Shown here: positions 25,828 to 38,487 of the stretch, one piece after another | How the letters are laid out: each line of letters opens with the position of its first letter | How positions within the stretch are numbered: position 1 is the first letter of the stretch | From: Monocercomonoides exilis PA203 | Taxonomy: Eukaryota > Protista > Preaxostyla | Length of the DNA stretch: 64,000 bases | NCBI GenBank assembly: GCA_001643675.2 | Contig: LSRY02000001.1 | Coordinates: forward strand, 806,001 to 870,000 | Direction: 5' to 3' | Position numbers and translations under genes: made by a program | Notes under the pieces: generated by a model | Seen by the model: only the letters and a program-made list of their open reading frames with translations | What the model was told of the DNA's origin: nothing | Databases searched by the model: none

Positions 25828-27164
25828 ATTGTTTTCTGAACTGGAATACTACGATAATGACGAACAAAGAAAGAAGATTTGAGAGATGGATCGAATGATT
25901 GAACGGATGGATAAAAAACAATTCGAATTTGTTTTAACAGGAGACCTGTTCAATTATATTCACAGAATGATTGAAGAAAAGAAACTGACGACAAAAGCTG
26001 CAACTGTGTTGTTGAAGCGCTTTGGATATAATAAAAAACAATGAACTCCTCGAATAATCACAATTATTTTTTAATGATAAACAGAAAATTCGAAATGATA
26101 ATTTTTGAAGAACAGAAAAATAAAACAAAGAACGAAAATTCACTCGTTTATCTTTGTAAATTCTGCATTTTTCTTTATCGATTCTTCCCATCGGAGTTGA
26201 CTTTAATTCGCATGTTTTGCATTATTAAGGTTGCTTTGTACAAGGAGGGAAGCGAGGAAGTTCAGAAAGAAGTGGATATGGCTTTGCTGACGTTGAATGC
26301 AGTTGACCATTTTTTTGTTTGGGAGTTTCAATTTTGTTTTTGATATTATTGATATTTCCATATTTCAAACAAGTTCATCGAACAAGAACTTTTCCTCAAC
26401 GAGATTAAAGAGATACTCCAATGCATTCAAGAACATCTCAATCTCACTCGCCTTTCCTTTCAATCTGTTTGGGAGTTATAGCTTTTCAGATGCTCCTCTT
26501 ATCTTGATTTGGAAGCAATATTTGTTAATGAGCAACATTTTGAAGGAGAAGGAGCAAGAGAATTGGAAGAACTAATTGGATGTTTGGATTGGAAGAAGAA
26601 AGAAAAGAAGAAAGAAAAGAAGAAAGAAAAGAAGAAAGAAAAGAAGAAAGAAAAGACAAGAGAAGAAATGACAAAGATGTTTGTCTTAGATAAATGATTG
26701 CTCATATTGACATCTTCCAGAGAGTGTGCAGATTGATTGAAGAAGAATTTTTAAATTTCGCAAGTTTCATTGTTAGAGTTATTTGAATGGTGAAGGATAA
26801 CTTCATTTTTTGTGACTCAGGTGTGTTAAATCCTTTTGAATTATGGTCAGCGGAGGATTGAGAGATATTTAAGTGCTTTTGAAAGGAGAAGCTTGTAGAG
26901 GTTATTATGGAACAGATCATTCAATCAAATGAAAGTCGCCGAAATATTTCTGATTATTTGGGTGCATTCAAAGAACTTTGCAAAAGATTGAATTTCAAGT
27001 GGAAAACAAAGACGATGAAACAAAACGAAGAAACGAAAAAAAATGTTTTCAAAATGATGGAAGAGAGAAGATATGAAGATATTAACGTCCATTTTTCAAA
27101 CTTTTCAATCAGTTTTCTGTTTCATTTGTTTGACGAAAATATGTATTGTCTCGTGAATTGCTAA
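25828..27164 (+). pseudogene. Decayed helical (ARM-like) lineage-specific family gene
   Basis: Coding-like fragments (FSELEY..EQRKKI, KVALYKEGSEEVQKEVDMALL, ARELEELIGCLDWKKKE) with many stops and frameshifts, plus a 12-bp AAGAAAGAAAAG tandem near 26597-26655. Confidence 0.55.
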
Positions 27165-27608
27165 GCAAATGAAGCTTATAACACTCCACTTCAAATGTTT
27201 TGAAAGGCTTTGAAACATTCCAAATGTCAACAAAGATAATGATAAAATCTACAAAATATTTTTGCAATTAGGGTGATTTATAAACCCGAATATTTTTTTG
27301 AAAATCCGAACAAAAAATAAATGAATTTATTTTTGTGTTTTGTATATTGATTTCGTTTTTAAATAAAAATAATAAATATTATAATCTGCAAGCTCTCGTT
27401 TCGTTATTTTTCGAGTATTTCTTTCTATTTTTTCATCATCAGAAAAATCATCATTTAAAATTTTCAATGGGTTGAATTTTCTTTTTTTCTGTTATTCAAC
27501 TTTAAACGAAGTATTTTCAGTTTCTTCATTCTCTTTTTCTATATTTTTTGACTCTTTTCTTTCGTCCTTTTATTTTTTTCCATTCTAATTGAAATTCTTC
27601 ATCGGTAA

Positions 27609-28912
27609 TTAATTTTCCAAAATAATCAAACATTTATGTTCTAACTTCAGAGTAATAGAAGGCTCTTTTTGAAGTTTCACTAACGCTTCATGCCGCTGAT
27701 GTGACAGTACTCTGCTCTTCGCAAATGATGATTTTATTGTTGAAGGCAACAAAGAAGTTTGCAAAGCTTGTGGAAGCACATCAGCTAGCGCTCTTCGTCG
27801 CAAAATAACAGTAAAAGAAGAAGGTGCTTCAAAATTTAAATAAATTGTTTTTTTAAAAACAGCGAATACGCCACGATCCAACGGCTGTGCGATGTGAGTG
27901 GTGTGGGGAACGAAAGTTACAACATTTATTGAAAAATCAGCAAACCTCTTCCAGAAGTCTGGCTGTGCTCTCGAAGAATGGGAATCAAGAAGGAGAATGC
28001 ACCATTCTTCTCTTTTCTTCAAAGTTTCTCTTCTTTGTGTGATCCCTGGCAGCAACACTTCTTCAGCATATTTGAAAAATAGCGCTTCAGTTATCCAGCC
28101 TTCATTTTCACCCCAAGCATCCAACTGCGAACTCAGAACAAGGCGCAGTTCATCAGGTAATTTGTGACAAGGCCACAGAACGACTCTTTTTAAGGAGAAG
28201 CCATCAGCTGCAGCTGCAACGACGAAAGTTGCATTTGACATATTCATTGGTGTTTTGGAGAAACCAGCTGGCATGCCTGAAGGATGGAAAACAAGAGTCG
28301 AGAAAGAATCAGAGAGTCGAAGAGAGGATTCATCAATATTAAAGATGAGAGAGTTAGAATAGTGATGCGGATCATGAAGGTTTTGTAGAAGAGTGAAAAA
28401 TGGAAGAAGGATTTGTTGATTTGATGCGGAGAGCCTTTGGATGTCGAAGTATCGATGGTGTGAAGCCTTAAGCTCAGGATGTTTTTGGAGTATTGATAAG
28501 GATATGCTTTTGAAATGTTCACTTCTTCATCTTCTTCATCGAAGTCGTCTTTTTTCCTATCATTGATAACAGTGTTCATCTGAATATACAAAAAATAGAT
28601 AAATACAACAAATTAAAAATTGTGACAAACTAATTTCCTCATTTGCGCAGCATTGTAACTTGTCCCACTTTCACATTCGATTTTAAGCACTCCAAATATA
28701 GTTTCCTCTTCTTCCTGATTGAATAATTCTGGTCTTCCATTTTTCCCTGCCTTCCTTCCTTTTATTACAGCTGTAACTACCCCATCAATTGCCGAGCGAG
28801 TAAATTCTTTCATGTTTGCAGTATCTGCAACCAGAGCTTTTACATTTGCAAAAGTTGTTGTTTCACGTTCCAATCGACTTTCAATGTGGGGATATTTAAA
28901 GTGTCTCATCAA
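27609..28912 (-). pseudogene. pogo/Tigger-like (DDE_1, CENP-B type) transposase
   Basis: Motifs IFNIDES, GWIT, LLLDSHSSR and FVPHTTHIAQPLDRGVF, with N-terminal GRP/HTH. GT-AG intron 28580-28630; frameshift near 28500. Confidence 0.85.
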
Positions 28913-29357
28913 ACATCTGATTTTCTCTAATCCTTGTTGTTTTTTATTTTCTGCTACACACTTTTCAAAAAAAATTCTGGTAATGATCTCATTTCAATTC
29001 TTTTGGAAAATTTTTTTTTTGAAATGAAAAAAAAAAATTTTAAAAAAATTTCGATCAAATTCTAACTTTGTGATACCCCTTGCTATTACCTAATCTTCTC
29101 ATGGGAGGCACTAATCAGAGATGGAGGAGCTAACCCCCCCATCTCCCCCCATCAGAGATTAGGTATTGTAATTTGATCTTAATTTCTGACTACTGACTTT
29201 TCCTTATATACTCAAAACAATTAATAAAATATGAAAAGTGGGTTGCAAACATTAATCAAAAAAATGTTTCGAGAAATGTGTAAACGTTATATATTTTTTG
29301 AACAATAATTAATTTTTTTCAATTTAATTTTATTTTTGAAACATATGATATCAATAT

Positions 29358-29597
29358 GGGTGAATTTTTTTGAAAAGTTCCTTTTGTTTAATTTTCAAAT
29401 AAAGAAAAAATGTTATATTTCTATCAAATTTCTGTTCCCACGGATTAAACTTTCCTTAATTGGATATCAAAACCTCAACAATGTTTTTATTTTCATTTTA
29501 TAGAAGTTTAAAACGTGGGAACAAAAAACTGATGAAAATTTGAAAATTTTATTAAATTTGAAAATTAAACAAAAAGAACTTTTCAAAAAATTCAGAC
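29358..29597. mobile_element. 240-bp MITE (AWWT TSD), copy 1
   Basis: Imperfect palindrome GGGTGAATTTTTTTGAAAAGTTCC...GAACTTTTCAAAAAATTCAGAC flanked by ATAT/ATAT. Near-identical reverse complement of 62037-62276. Confidence 0.9.
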
Positions 29598-30482
29598 ATA
29601 TTAATAAATCTTCTTTCAAATAAATTGTTGCAAACCAAAATAATTAAACTTTCCATAAAAAAGCAAAGAATATTTTATGATAATATATTGCAATGGAGAA
29701 AAGTCAAGTTTATCATATTTGTTTATTTAAAAATCAACTGACAACAATCACTGGAGGATATTGGAATTGTTGATATGCAATGAGTTTGTTTCAAAAGAAA
29801 ATCAAAATCAACTTTCTTTCATCAGAAAAATTAGAAAGATTTAAAACAAAATGAACTTAACAGTGTTTGAGGATCATTCTTTTCTTTGTAACAAGTGCTC
29901 ATGTGTAAAAATGCTCATTGTTTGCGATAAATCTTTGTTTAATCTTTTTTAATATCTTTTTGTTTTTACAGTTAGGCTCGATAATAATTTCATTTCATTT
30001 CGCACAATTTTTTGTGATTACAATCGAACTTGATTATAACCGAAACTGTTTTTCATCGAAAAATTTTTCTGAAAAAATTGTTTAAGATGAATAAAATTAT
30101 ATTTTCAATATTTATTGAAATCCACTCATTTGTTTCGATTTTTCAGTTTTCAATGTTTCAATGTTTTTTGTTGTTGGCAATAAAGCAGAAAACAACAACT
30201 TTAATTATTTCGAAAATTTCAAAACAGACAGAAAAATACCTAAATTTTTATTTTAAAATTTGTGATTATTCCAAATTTTGTTTTTATATTTACAGATGAA
30301 ATAACACATGGAAAAATGCTTTATTTTTTGATGCGCGAAAAAATGTATTTATTAGCGGTCTTGATTACAACTGAGGTGATTATAACCGAGCTTCACAGAA
30401 TATATAAAATTAAACAAAATACAAAAAAACAAAAAAAAATATCAAATAATAAATAACATACAACTGAGCTATTGCTGATGGA

Positions 30483-32700
30483 GTGACAATGAAAGATCCT
30501 CACAAATTGATTTTGTGTATTTGCAGCAGAAACGGACAAGTGCGTGGAGCTCACGGAAGATCCCCTTCTATTATTAAACACAAATGTCTTTTCTTGTGTC
30601 CTTCTTTGTCAATGTCATTTTTCAAAAGCAAGGTGAATGTGAGGCCAGATATAATTCTGACATCATATTTATCCAATTAATGAACTAATTCACTTCTTAT
30701 GGATTTTTTTGGGACACTTTCACAAAACGGAATCTATCATTTATAAAAGCAGCCTCTATAGAAAAAAACTGGTGATCAGATTATTTATTGTGACTTCACT
30801 TAATAATCTTATCCTTTCCCATTAATCAAAATTTCAAATGTTGACTTCATGAAAAATCATGAAATACTTAATGGAATCAAAAATAATAAAGATGACTGAA
30901 CTCCATTCATTCGAAAATAATAAATGCCTTGCCATAACGATGGATAGCGGAACTATTGCAACGAACTAATACATTGTTGAAACTGTTGCTGATTTATCTA
31001 TTGGTAGAAATTTGTTTTTTGGAGCTTAAAACAAAGTTGAATAAGTTCACAAGATTTTGAAAAACAAGCAAATGAATGCATGGAAGAAACATCACTTTTT
31101 GGAGTGGAAGTTCATTATTTCTGTTCCGATGGTCTGATTGCACAAAGATCAGTATAATTTAGAATTAACCATCTCAACGATTGAACACCAATAAGACTAT
31201 TCAATTTTTCTGCATTATTTTTTGATTATTGCACAAATAATCATATCAACTTGCTTCAAATACATTCATTTTAAAAAGATTTAATGTATGGAGGATATTA
31301 AAAAAAATGGTATTTTATTTTATTTGCAGAAAAATGGAACACCCAATGAATGTCGAAGTTATTGCAAAAAAAGTGCACTTCATTTTGCACAACGAGGTGG
31401 TCAAGTTTGTATGATATTTGTTCTTTTATTAGGAAAAATGAAAGAGCGATAAGAGAAATTGGTTTATCAGATCAAAGAGAAATAATGAAAGCAATTAAGG
31501 CAGAAATATTATAACTTCCTCTTCAAATTCTCCATAGCGTGTTTGAGAAAATTTCAACAAAGTTTTGTATTTTGCTTCCTCATTTTATGAAGACAAAAAA
31601 CCAACATATAGGATTCTGAGTGAAGAAGATTTTCAAGAGCCAGAATGGCACAATGCAGTGACAAATGTAATGATCATGTTAAATGACTATACCATGAGTG
31701 AAGAGAGAGTTGGCATTATTGCATCAGCATTTTCTCCAACGCCGATTGAAGGCCTTCTTCTTCGAAAAAAGAAATTAAGCGAAATTCTCTTAAACTAAAT
31801 TTCCTTCAAGGAAATCAAAAAAGCAAATACAATGTTGATAACATTTGAGGGAAAAAAAACGTATTGCAATCAAAAGCCTTCTTCATCAAATTTCCAACAA
31901 TTAAGTTACACAAACAGTGATGAATTCCTGGTCACTCACAATGATGATATTAATTCGTTGAATCTTGTTGCACAAAAACCCAAATCACTTTGTCAAAACT
32001 TTCGATCCAATTTTGATTCTTATTCTTCATCTATCTTCATTATCGGCTATGACAACATTCCATTCGATGATTTGCGCAAGAGAAAATCGTTATATGAATC
32101 GCTTTCCCAAAGTTTTTCTCGATCACATTGTGCAAAAATGGATGAACAATGCCAAACATCAAAAGAATTCAGTGTTGTTTCAATATTTTCAGAGGAAAGA
32201 GTTTTGAATAATCCTATGAATGTTCCATCTGAAAACTTAGATCTCACTTATAATAAACTTCTAGTTTTTCAAAATATGTTAGAGAAACAATTGAATGAAA
32301 GAGATAATTGTTTGACGGAAGAATTGTGTTTCAATTCAGATGATAGTGATTTTTCTTCAAGAGTTGATAATTATTTGAATGAACTTTTAAACGATCTGAA
32401 TTCATCCAATAAATGAAAATATGAGCGGTGACACTTTGAGACAAGATCTTCTTCAAATTGATGTTTAATGGAATATCGTAAACATAAGTTTAATAAAAAA
32501 CAAAAACAACAGATACCGAAGAAAAAGAATGTTCTGTAGCCTCATATATTGTTTCAAACAAAAAACATTAACTTGCAGAAAAAATTTCTTTAGCTTTTGA
32601 TCTTCAAGACTTTGAAGAAATATCAATGCCTTTGCAGGGAATGTGGTATTCAAGATTATTTTGCGTATTCGAAAATAAAAAGGAAAAAACACTTCATCGT
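30483..32700 (+). pseudogene. hAT-family transposase remnant
   Basis: Dispersed motifs in hAT order: LAITMDS, HYFCSDG, CTNNHINLL (CxxH-like), FCTTRWSSLYD. Many stops. Confidence 0.6.
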
Positions 32701-35506
32701 CATAAACAAAATATTAGTTCATGTTGTTTGGAACTTTTTCAGTAATTGGAATTGAACCAACAAAAAGTGAATGTTGAATCTTCGCCTTTTGTTCAATACA
32801 GTCATATTGTTTTGTATGGAGATATATAAATGATTTATACTTCTATTTGTTTCTGTCTGGTTGTTGAGCCATACTGTCTAACTTCATATTAATTATTATT
32901 TTCGCGACAAAGAGGAATCAATGAAATGAAAGCCATTCGTTATTAATAAATGATCTTGACGCATCTATATTGACTTTGTGTTGTTGTTAGCAATTTCTTT
33001 TATTTCGTTGTTGAAAAACTTGGCTTTTAATTTTTTATTGTTTCATTTTGTGCACATTATTCTTCAACATATGCTTATTTTCCTCACACGTTTGAATGTG
33101 TTTTTTATTTATTTATTTATTTATTTATTTGTAAGTTTTAATTCAACTCATATGTTTCATTTTTCAATTTAATTATTATTATTTTTATTTTTGATATTAT
33201 GGAGCATAAGTAACTTTATGTTTTTTCAATGAAAAAATATTTACTTTCTTTTTTCTTTTTGAGAAAATAAATAAAAATTAAATGTGTTCATATAATGAAA
33301 TATGTGAAAGTTTTCAAAAGCATAATGTTATAATTTCAATAATTCTTGTTTGCAGATTCAAAGATAAAATTCATTATAAATATCTTAGAAAGATTATAAA
33401 AAATATAAGTGATGTATTTTTAAAAGTTTTATGCAAAAAATGGTTGAAAGGACACATTTTCCAACGTACGAAGTGTAATTGAAAAAAGGAATCGAAAAAA
33501 AAAAGAATGAGTAAGCTTTGAAAGCCAAAGAAAAAAACTTAATCTTACAAATGTAAATTCAATTTTTGAATAAACAAAGTGAATACAAAAAATTTGTTTG
33601 TTTTTGTTTTTACGCCTATATTGTTCTTTTATAAATGAAAAGAACATTTTTTCACTTTCACATTTCCGTTATTTATCACTTTGGAAGACTCAACGGAATC
33701 GGAATACCTTCTCCACAACCAATATAAAAGTCATTAAACTCAAGAAAAAAAATGAAAACATTTGTTCTTTGAGCGAAAAAAATGGGAAAAAAATGAAATT
33801 GACGATTATTCAATTTTTGAAGGCAAAAAAGAAAAAAAAAAAAGAAAGAAAAAAAAAAAGATAAAAGAAAAAGAGTCAATTTCGAAGATTTTGAAAGAAA
33901 TAAAGAAAAGTTGAAAGAAATAAAAAGAACAAACAAAGATACAAGTAGTTTCCCTTTTTCTTGGTTTCTTCCCGATCATTGGGAATCAACTCGTCTGCAG
34001 AAGTCGACTTCTTCATCTGATCAATATTTGTCGAATTCCACTTTGCTACTAATAAACACACAATATTCTTCTCAAGCTTAACTGAATGAAACGACAATTT
34101 CAACTCAACCACTGTCATATACTCCAATTTCGTCTTTGCAATTCATTTTCACTCATCAAATTTTTTCTCAACAATCAAATTCTTTTTCATCTTTGGATTC
34201 AAAGTTATCTTACCCACGATCTTCTTCTTTCTTATCAAATGAAAATCAAAGTCAAACAAAATAACAATCACAATATTTAACTAACCACAAGAAGGCCATT
34301 TACATCATTATCATTTATCTTAATAAACATTCACCTTTTTTCTCTCTCATTTCTCTCTTTAAAAAAAAACGGAAAAAGAATTTTTAGAATTATTAGATTT
34401 TTTCTTTTGTTTTATTTTTCTGCAAAAAAAATTTAAACTTAAACTTTATTTTCCTATTTTGTTATTTCACAGCCAATTAAAATTGGAGTTGAAATGAAAA
34501 TATAGCAAAATGTTAATATATTACGAAAAAACAATAAGAATCTCGTTTCAAGCAAAAATGGAATATCGAAAACATATCTCAACCTGCTAAACTTGTGTTT
34601 TAGATAGAAAATATTAATATTATAAAGAAAGAAACATGAAAGAAAAAAAATTAGAAAGAATTCAATTAACAGTTTAGAATTTTTTTTAAAAAAATTTCTT
34701 TTTAATGAAGAGTGAATAAACTTTGTTCAATTTAAGTTTATCAAAATTGATAAATTCACAAAAACAAAAATTCGTGACAATTGAATGTTAATACTAATAT
34801 TGATGTTATCGAAAAAGAAAGTTAAAAGGGAATTTGAATTAGATTAAACAAATTTGGATAAGTTGAAAGCAATAGAAATTGAATGTGTTTGTATCATAGT
34901 TTTTTTGAAAAATCTCTTTTGCTTCATTTTCACCAGAAAATAAAAATTGAAAATTATCCTCAATTTATCAAATTCTTATGAAAGTTTTTCAAAAGGAACT
35001 ATTCAAAAAATTTTTTTAAAAATATCATTTTTTTAATATTTACGAAAAAACATCTATTAAAATTGAACTTATATTGTTCATTCAAAAATAAAAATATATT
35101 AAAAGTGGAAAAGTTGTTTGCTCATAAAAGACATTTTGTTGTGGCCAAGATAAAATCAAAAAATTTTGACACATTAATTAATCCGTTGATGTTTAGATAA
35201 CATTTGATTGCATTCATATCAAAAAAGAATAATAAGAAATTTATAAACCTTCAATTATATTGAAGCAAATAGAAAATAAACACAACTGTGAAGGAATGAA
35301 AATAATTTGAAAAAAAGTTTGAAATAAGAATGATAAACGAACATGAAGCGCATCATTCTTTCCAGAAAATTTTTATTTCTGAATAATTAAAATTAATATG
35401 TGGGCAAAAAATAAACAAAAATTTAGCAATTCTTGTTAACACATTTTCAATTGAAAAACAATTTTCAAATTAAAATTTTCTAATTTTTATTTTTTGTTTT
35501 ATATAT

Positions 35507-35764
35507 GGGAGATTGTTTTTTCAAAATCATAACTTTTTTTGGGGTGTTCATAATTTTGAATAATCATTGTCGTTCGTTAAATAATTTTCATTCAAATTTT
35601 CAACGTTGATCGATCGTTTCATAGGCCTATGTTTCATTTTCAATTTTTTTGGGTTAAACATTATATGTATCAATCACTTTTCGATGTCCACTAACAAAAA
35701 CGCAAAACATATATTCTTATCGAAAATTTTGATAGAAAAAATATGATATCAAAAATAATCACCA
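35507..35764. mobile_element. About 258-bp MITE, second subfamily
   Basis: Ends GGGAGATTGTTTTTTCAAAATCATA / TATGATATCAAAAATAATCACCA flanked by ATAT/ATAT. Related ends near 36019, 36312, 61556-61811 and 61912. Confidence 0.5.
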
Positions 35765-37554
35765 ATATCATATTATTTCATTCAAAATTTTCCATTCAAA
35801 ATTTTCGGTTCGAAAAAACTCCCTTGAATATTAACAAATGAACATTGAAAAGAAAAATAGCATTTTCATAAGTCCATCGTTTTCAATTCAACTTAAACAT
35901 TTGTTTTTGAAACAGTTCTGATGTCTTAAGCAATTGAATGAAAAATCTTTACCCAACAGCAAACAATCTTTGAAAAAACAGCACACCGAAAAAAGTTATG
36001 ATTTCAAAAAGAATCACACATGTGCAAAAAAAAAAAAAATAAAAATTAAAATAAAAACTTTTATTTTGAAGAATAATGCATTATTCAACAATAAAAAGTG
36101 AATTCGTTTGAAAAGTATCAGATTACTTGATGATAATTATCTATCGGAAAATGTTGATTTTTTTTCATTTTTCGACAAATTGTAATGTGAGAGGACAAAT
36201 TTCTTATCTAAATTTCAAATATTGACTGAACGTTATATTTTCAGCTCTTTCTTTCATTCAGCCAAAAACCAATATTTCACAAAAAAATATTTTTTTAAAA
36301 ACACTCAATTTGGGTGATTATTTTTGACATCATAATTTTTTTACGATGAATGATCAATTCCCATAATATAAATTCGTCAATCAGGAGAATAAAATACTAT
36401 TATCGTTTGTCTTATTTTATTGACTGAAATGAATGAGTTTTCAAATAATTTATCGAATATAAGCAAGAATTTTTGTTCCATTATAAATTTGTATTGTTGT
36501 TCATTTTTAAATCGGTTTTATTTAGTGAATATGGATGTTCTCAGATTTGAAATTTTTCTGTGGTTAGTTCAAAAGTTTAAATTCTTTAACTATTCTTTTC
36601 TTTTGTTTGCATACTCGAATATTTCACTTTATTTTTGAACTTTTCATTCTATTCTTATTCTTGTTTTACAAATCAATTTTTTACATATTTCATTTGATTA
36701 TATCAATCTTTGTAATTCAAAGAAGTTTTCAATAAAACGAAAAGAGAATTCAATACAAAAATGGAATGCAGGATTATGAATAGAAATGTCGTTTTATTTT
36801 CATTTTTGTTTAAGTTTTTATGTAATTTTCAATTCACATTTGAAAACTTTTAAGGTGTCAAGTGTCTCCTTTCTATTTTCAAAAAGTGAACAATCGATGC
36901 AAATAAAAAAACCAAAATCCCTAGCATTTCTTTCAATTTAAGTTTTTTTTTGTTTTTTCTTGATAATTATCAACGTGAAACAAACAACAGAAAGCTATGA
37001 ATAATTTTCAACATTCATCATCAAATGTCAATACAGTTTCTTTTCACAAAAGAGAAGTCAAATGAAAACATAAGTGGTAAAAAAAGAAGAAATGTGCAAC
37101 ATTCAATTGATAGATTAGAATTTAAAAAAAAATGAAAACATTGTTCGAAACAAAAACCAGAAAAATTTTTTCACAACTGGTTGGATCGAATAAAACTGGA
37201 TTCAAAAAAGGCAAAAAAAAAAGATGATTCAAAAAAACCTATTAAATCATTAGAAATAGCAAAATTGCTTATTTATAAAAGATACAGAAAATCTTATTGC
37301 TTAATTGATGCACTGAATTCGAGAATATGAAAAAGGAATTTAAACAGTTATTTAAATAAAACAAAGGATTTCATGTGTTGAACTGTGGAACACTTCAAAA
37401 GAAAATACAATACCAACAGATAAATAATTCATAAAAAAAAATAAAAATATTAGAAATAGAAAAAAATAAGAAAAGGAAAAATTGAAAAAAGAAAAATTAG
37501 AAAGAATTAAATAGGAAAAAAAAGAAAAATTAAAATAGAAAAAAACTGAAAGAA

Positions 37555-37803
37555 AGAAAAAAGAGAGAAAAAAAGAATGAAAGAGAAATTAAAAAGAAAG
37601 AAGAAAAAGAGAAGAGAAAAAAAGAAAAAAAGAAAGAAGAGAAAGAAAGAAAAAGAGAAGAGAAAAAAAGAAAAAAAGAAAGAAGAGAAAGAAAGAAAAA
37701 GAGAAGAGAAAAAAAGAAAAAAAGAAAGAAGAGAAAGAAAGAGAAAGAGAAGAGAAAGAAAGAAAAAAAGAAAGAAGAGAAAGAAAGAGAAAGAGAAGAG
37801 AAA
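37555..37803. repeat. Purine-rich (A/G) low-complexity tract
   Basis: About 250 bp almost entirely A and G. The K/R/E ORF here is a by-product. Confidence 0.85.
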
Positions 37804-38155
37804 GTTTAAAAAATAATGAAATTTACAAAAAAACAAATAAAAATTCAACAAATAAATTAAACAGTAAAACTCAACTATGATAATGTTCGTAATAATAATC
37901 CCAATGTTTGTAACAAATGAATACATTATTAAAAAAACGATTGAAACAAAATTTTTTAAGTACACAGAAAAAAAGCGTTAAAAACATCAAACGAAAGTTG
38001 AAAAAGTTTCGAATCAAATCGAAAACGTAACATAAAAATAGACGAAAAATGAAAAAAAGATGAAATAATAAAAATTTAATTTATAATCAATGAATAAATG
38101 AGAAAATAAATTGACTAATAATTTACTGCGTTTGTAGTTCATGAATATTAATATT

Positions 38156-38283
38156 GGCATACCTGGGAGGCTGCTGACCGTATCCAGGTCCGAATGTAGC
38201 AAGAGTTAATTGCAACATTTATTGTCTGCAGTTTTGTCCAACTTCTATGCTTTAAAAGTTGGCTAAGCATACGCTGAAATGCC
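38156..38283. ncRNA. Candidate structured RNA island with pseudoknot, downstream of transposase copy B
   Basis: Closing stem GGCAT/ATGCC; stems ACCTGG/CCAGGT, AATGTAGCAA/TTGCAACATT and CCAACTT/AAGTTGG. Loop TATGCTT is complementary to downstream AAGCATA. CCTGGGAGGCTG at 38162-38173. Confidence 0.4.
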
Positions 38284-38487
38284 TCGTTATTTATTTGCAC
38301 AATAAAAATCCTTTAATTTGAATCAAATAAGTTATAATCAGAAATTTGAGAATAAGAAAAAACACATGAACGGAAGGAATTATCGAAATTGTTACTAAAA
38401 TGGTTTATATTACGAACAGAATCACGGTTAGCTACAACATGTGTGGATTTAAGACTTGAAAAATAAGAACAACAAGAACAAGAATTT

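Noticed and set aside
29974-30392. Possible MITE with GATTATAACCGA subterminal repeats
   Set aside because: Ends are too degenerate and no TSD could be fixed.
37507-37965. K/R/E-rich and F/L/S-rich ORFs
   Set aside because: Low-complexity purine tract.
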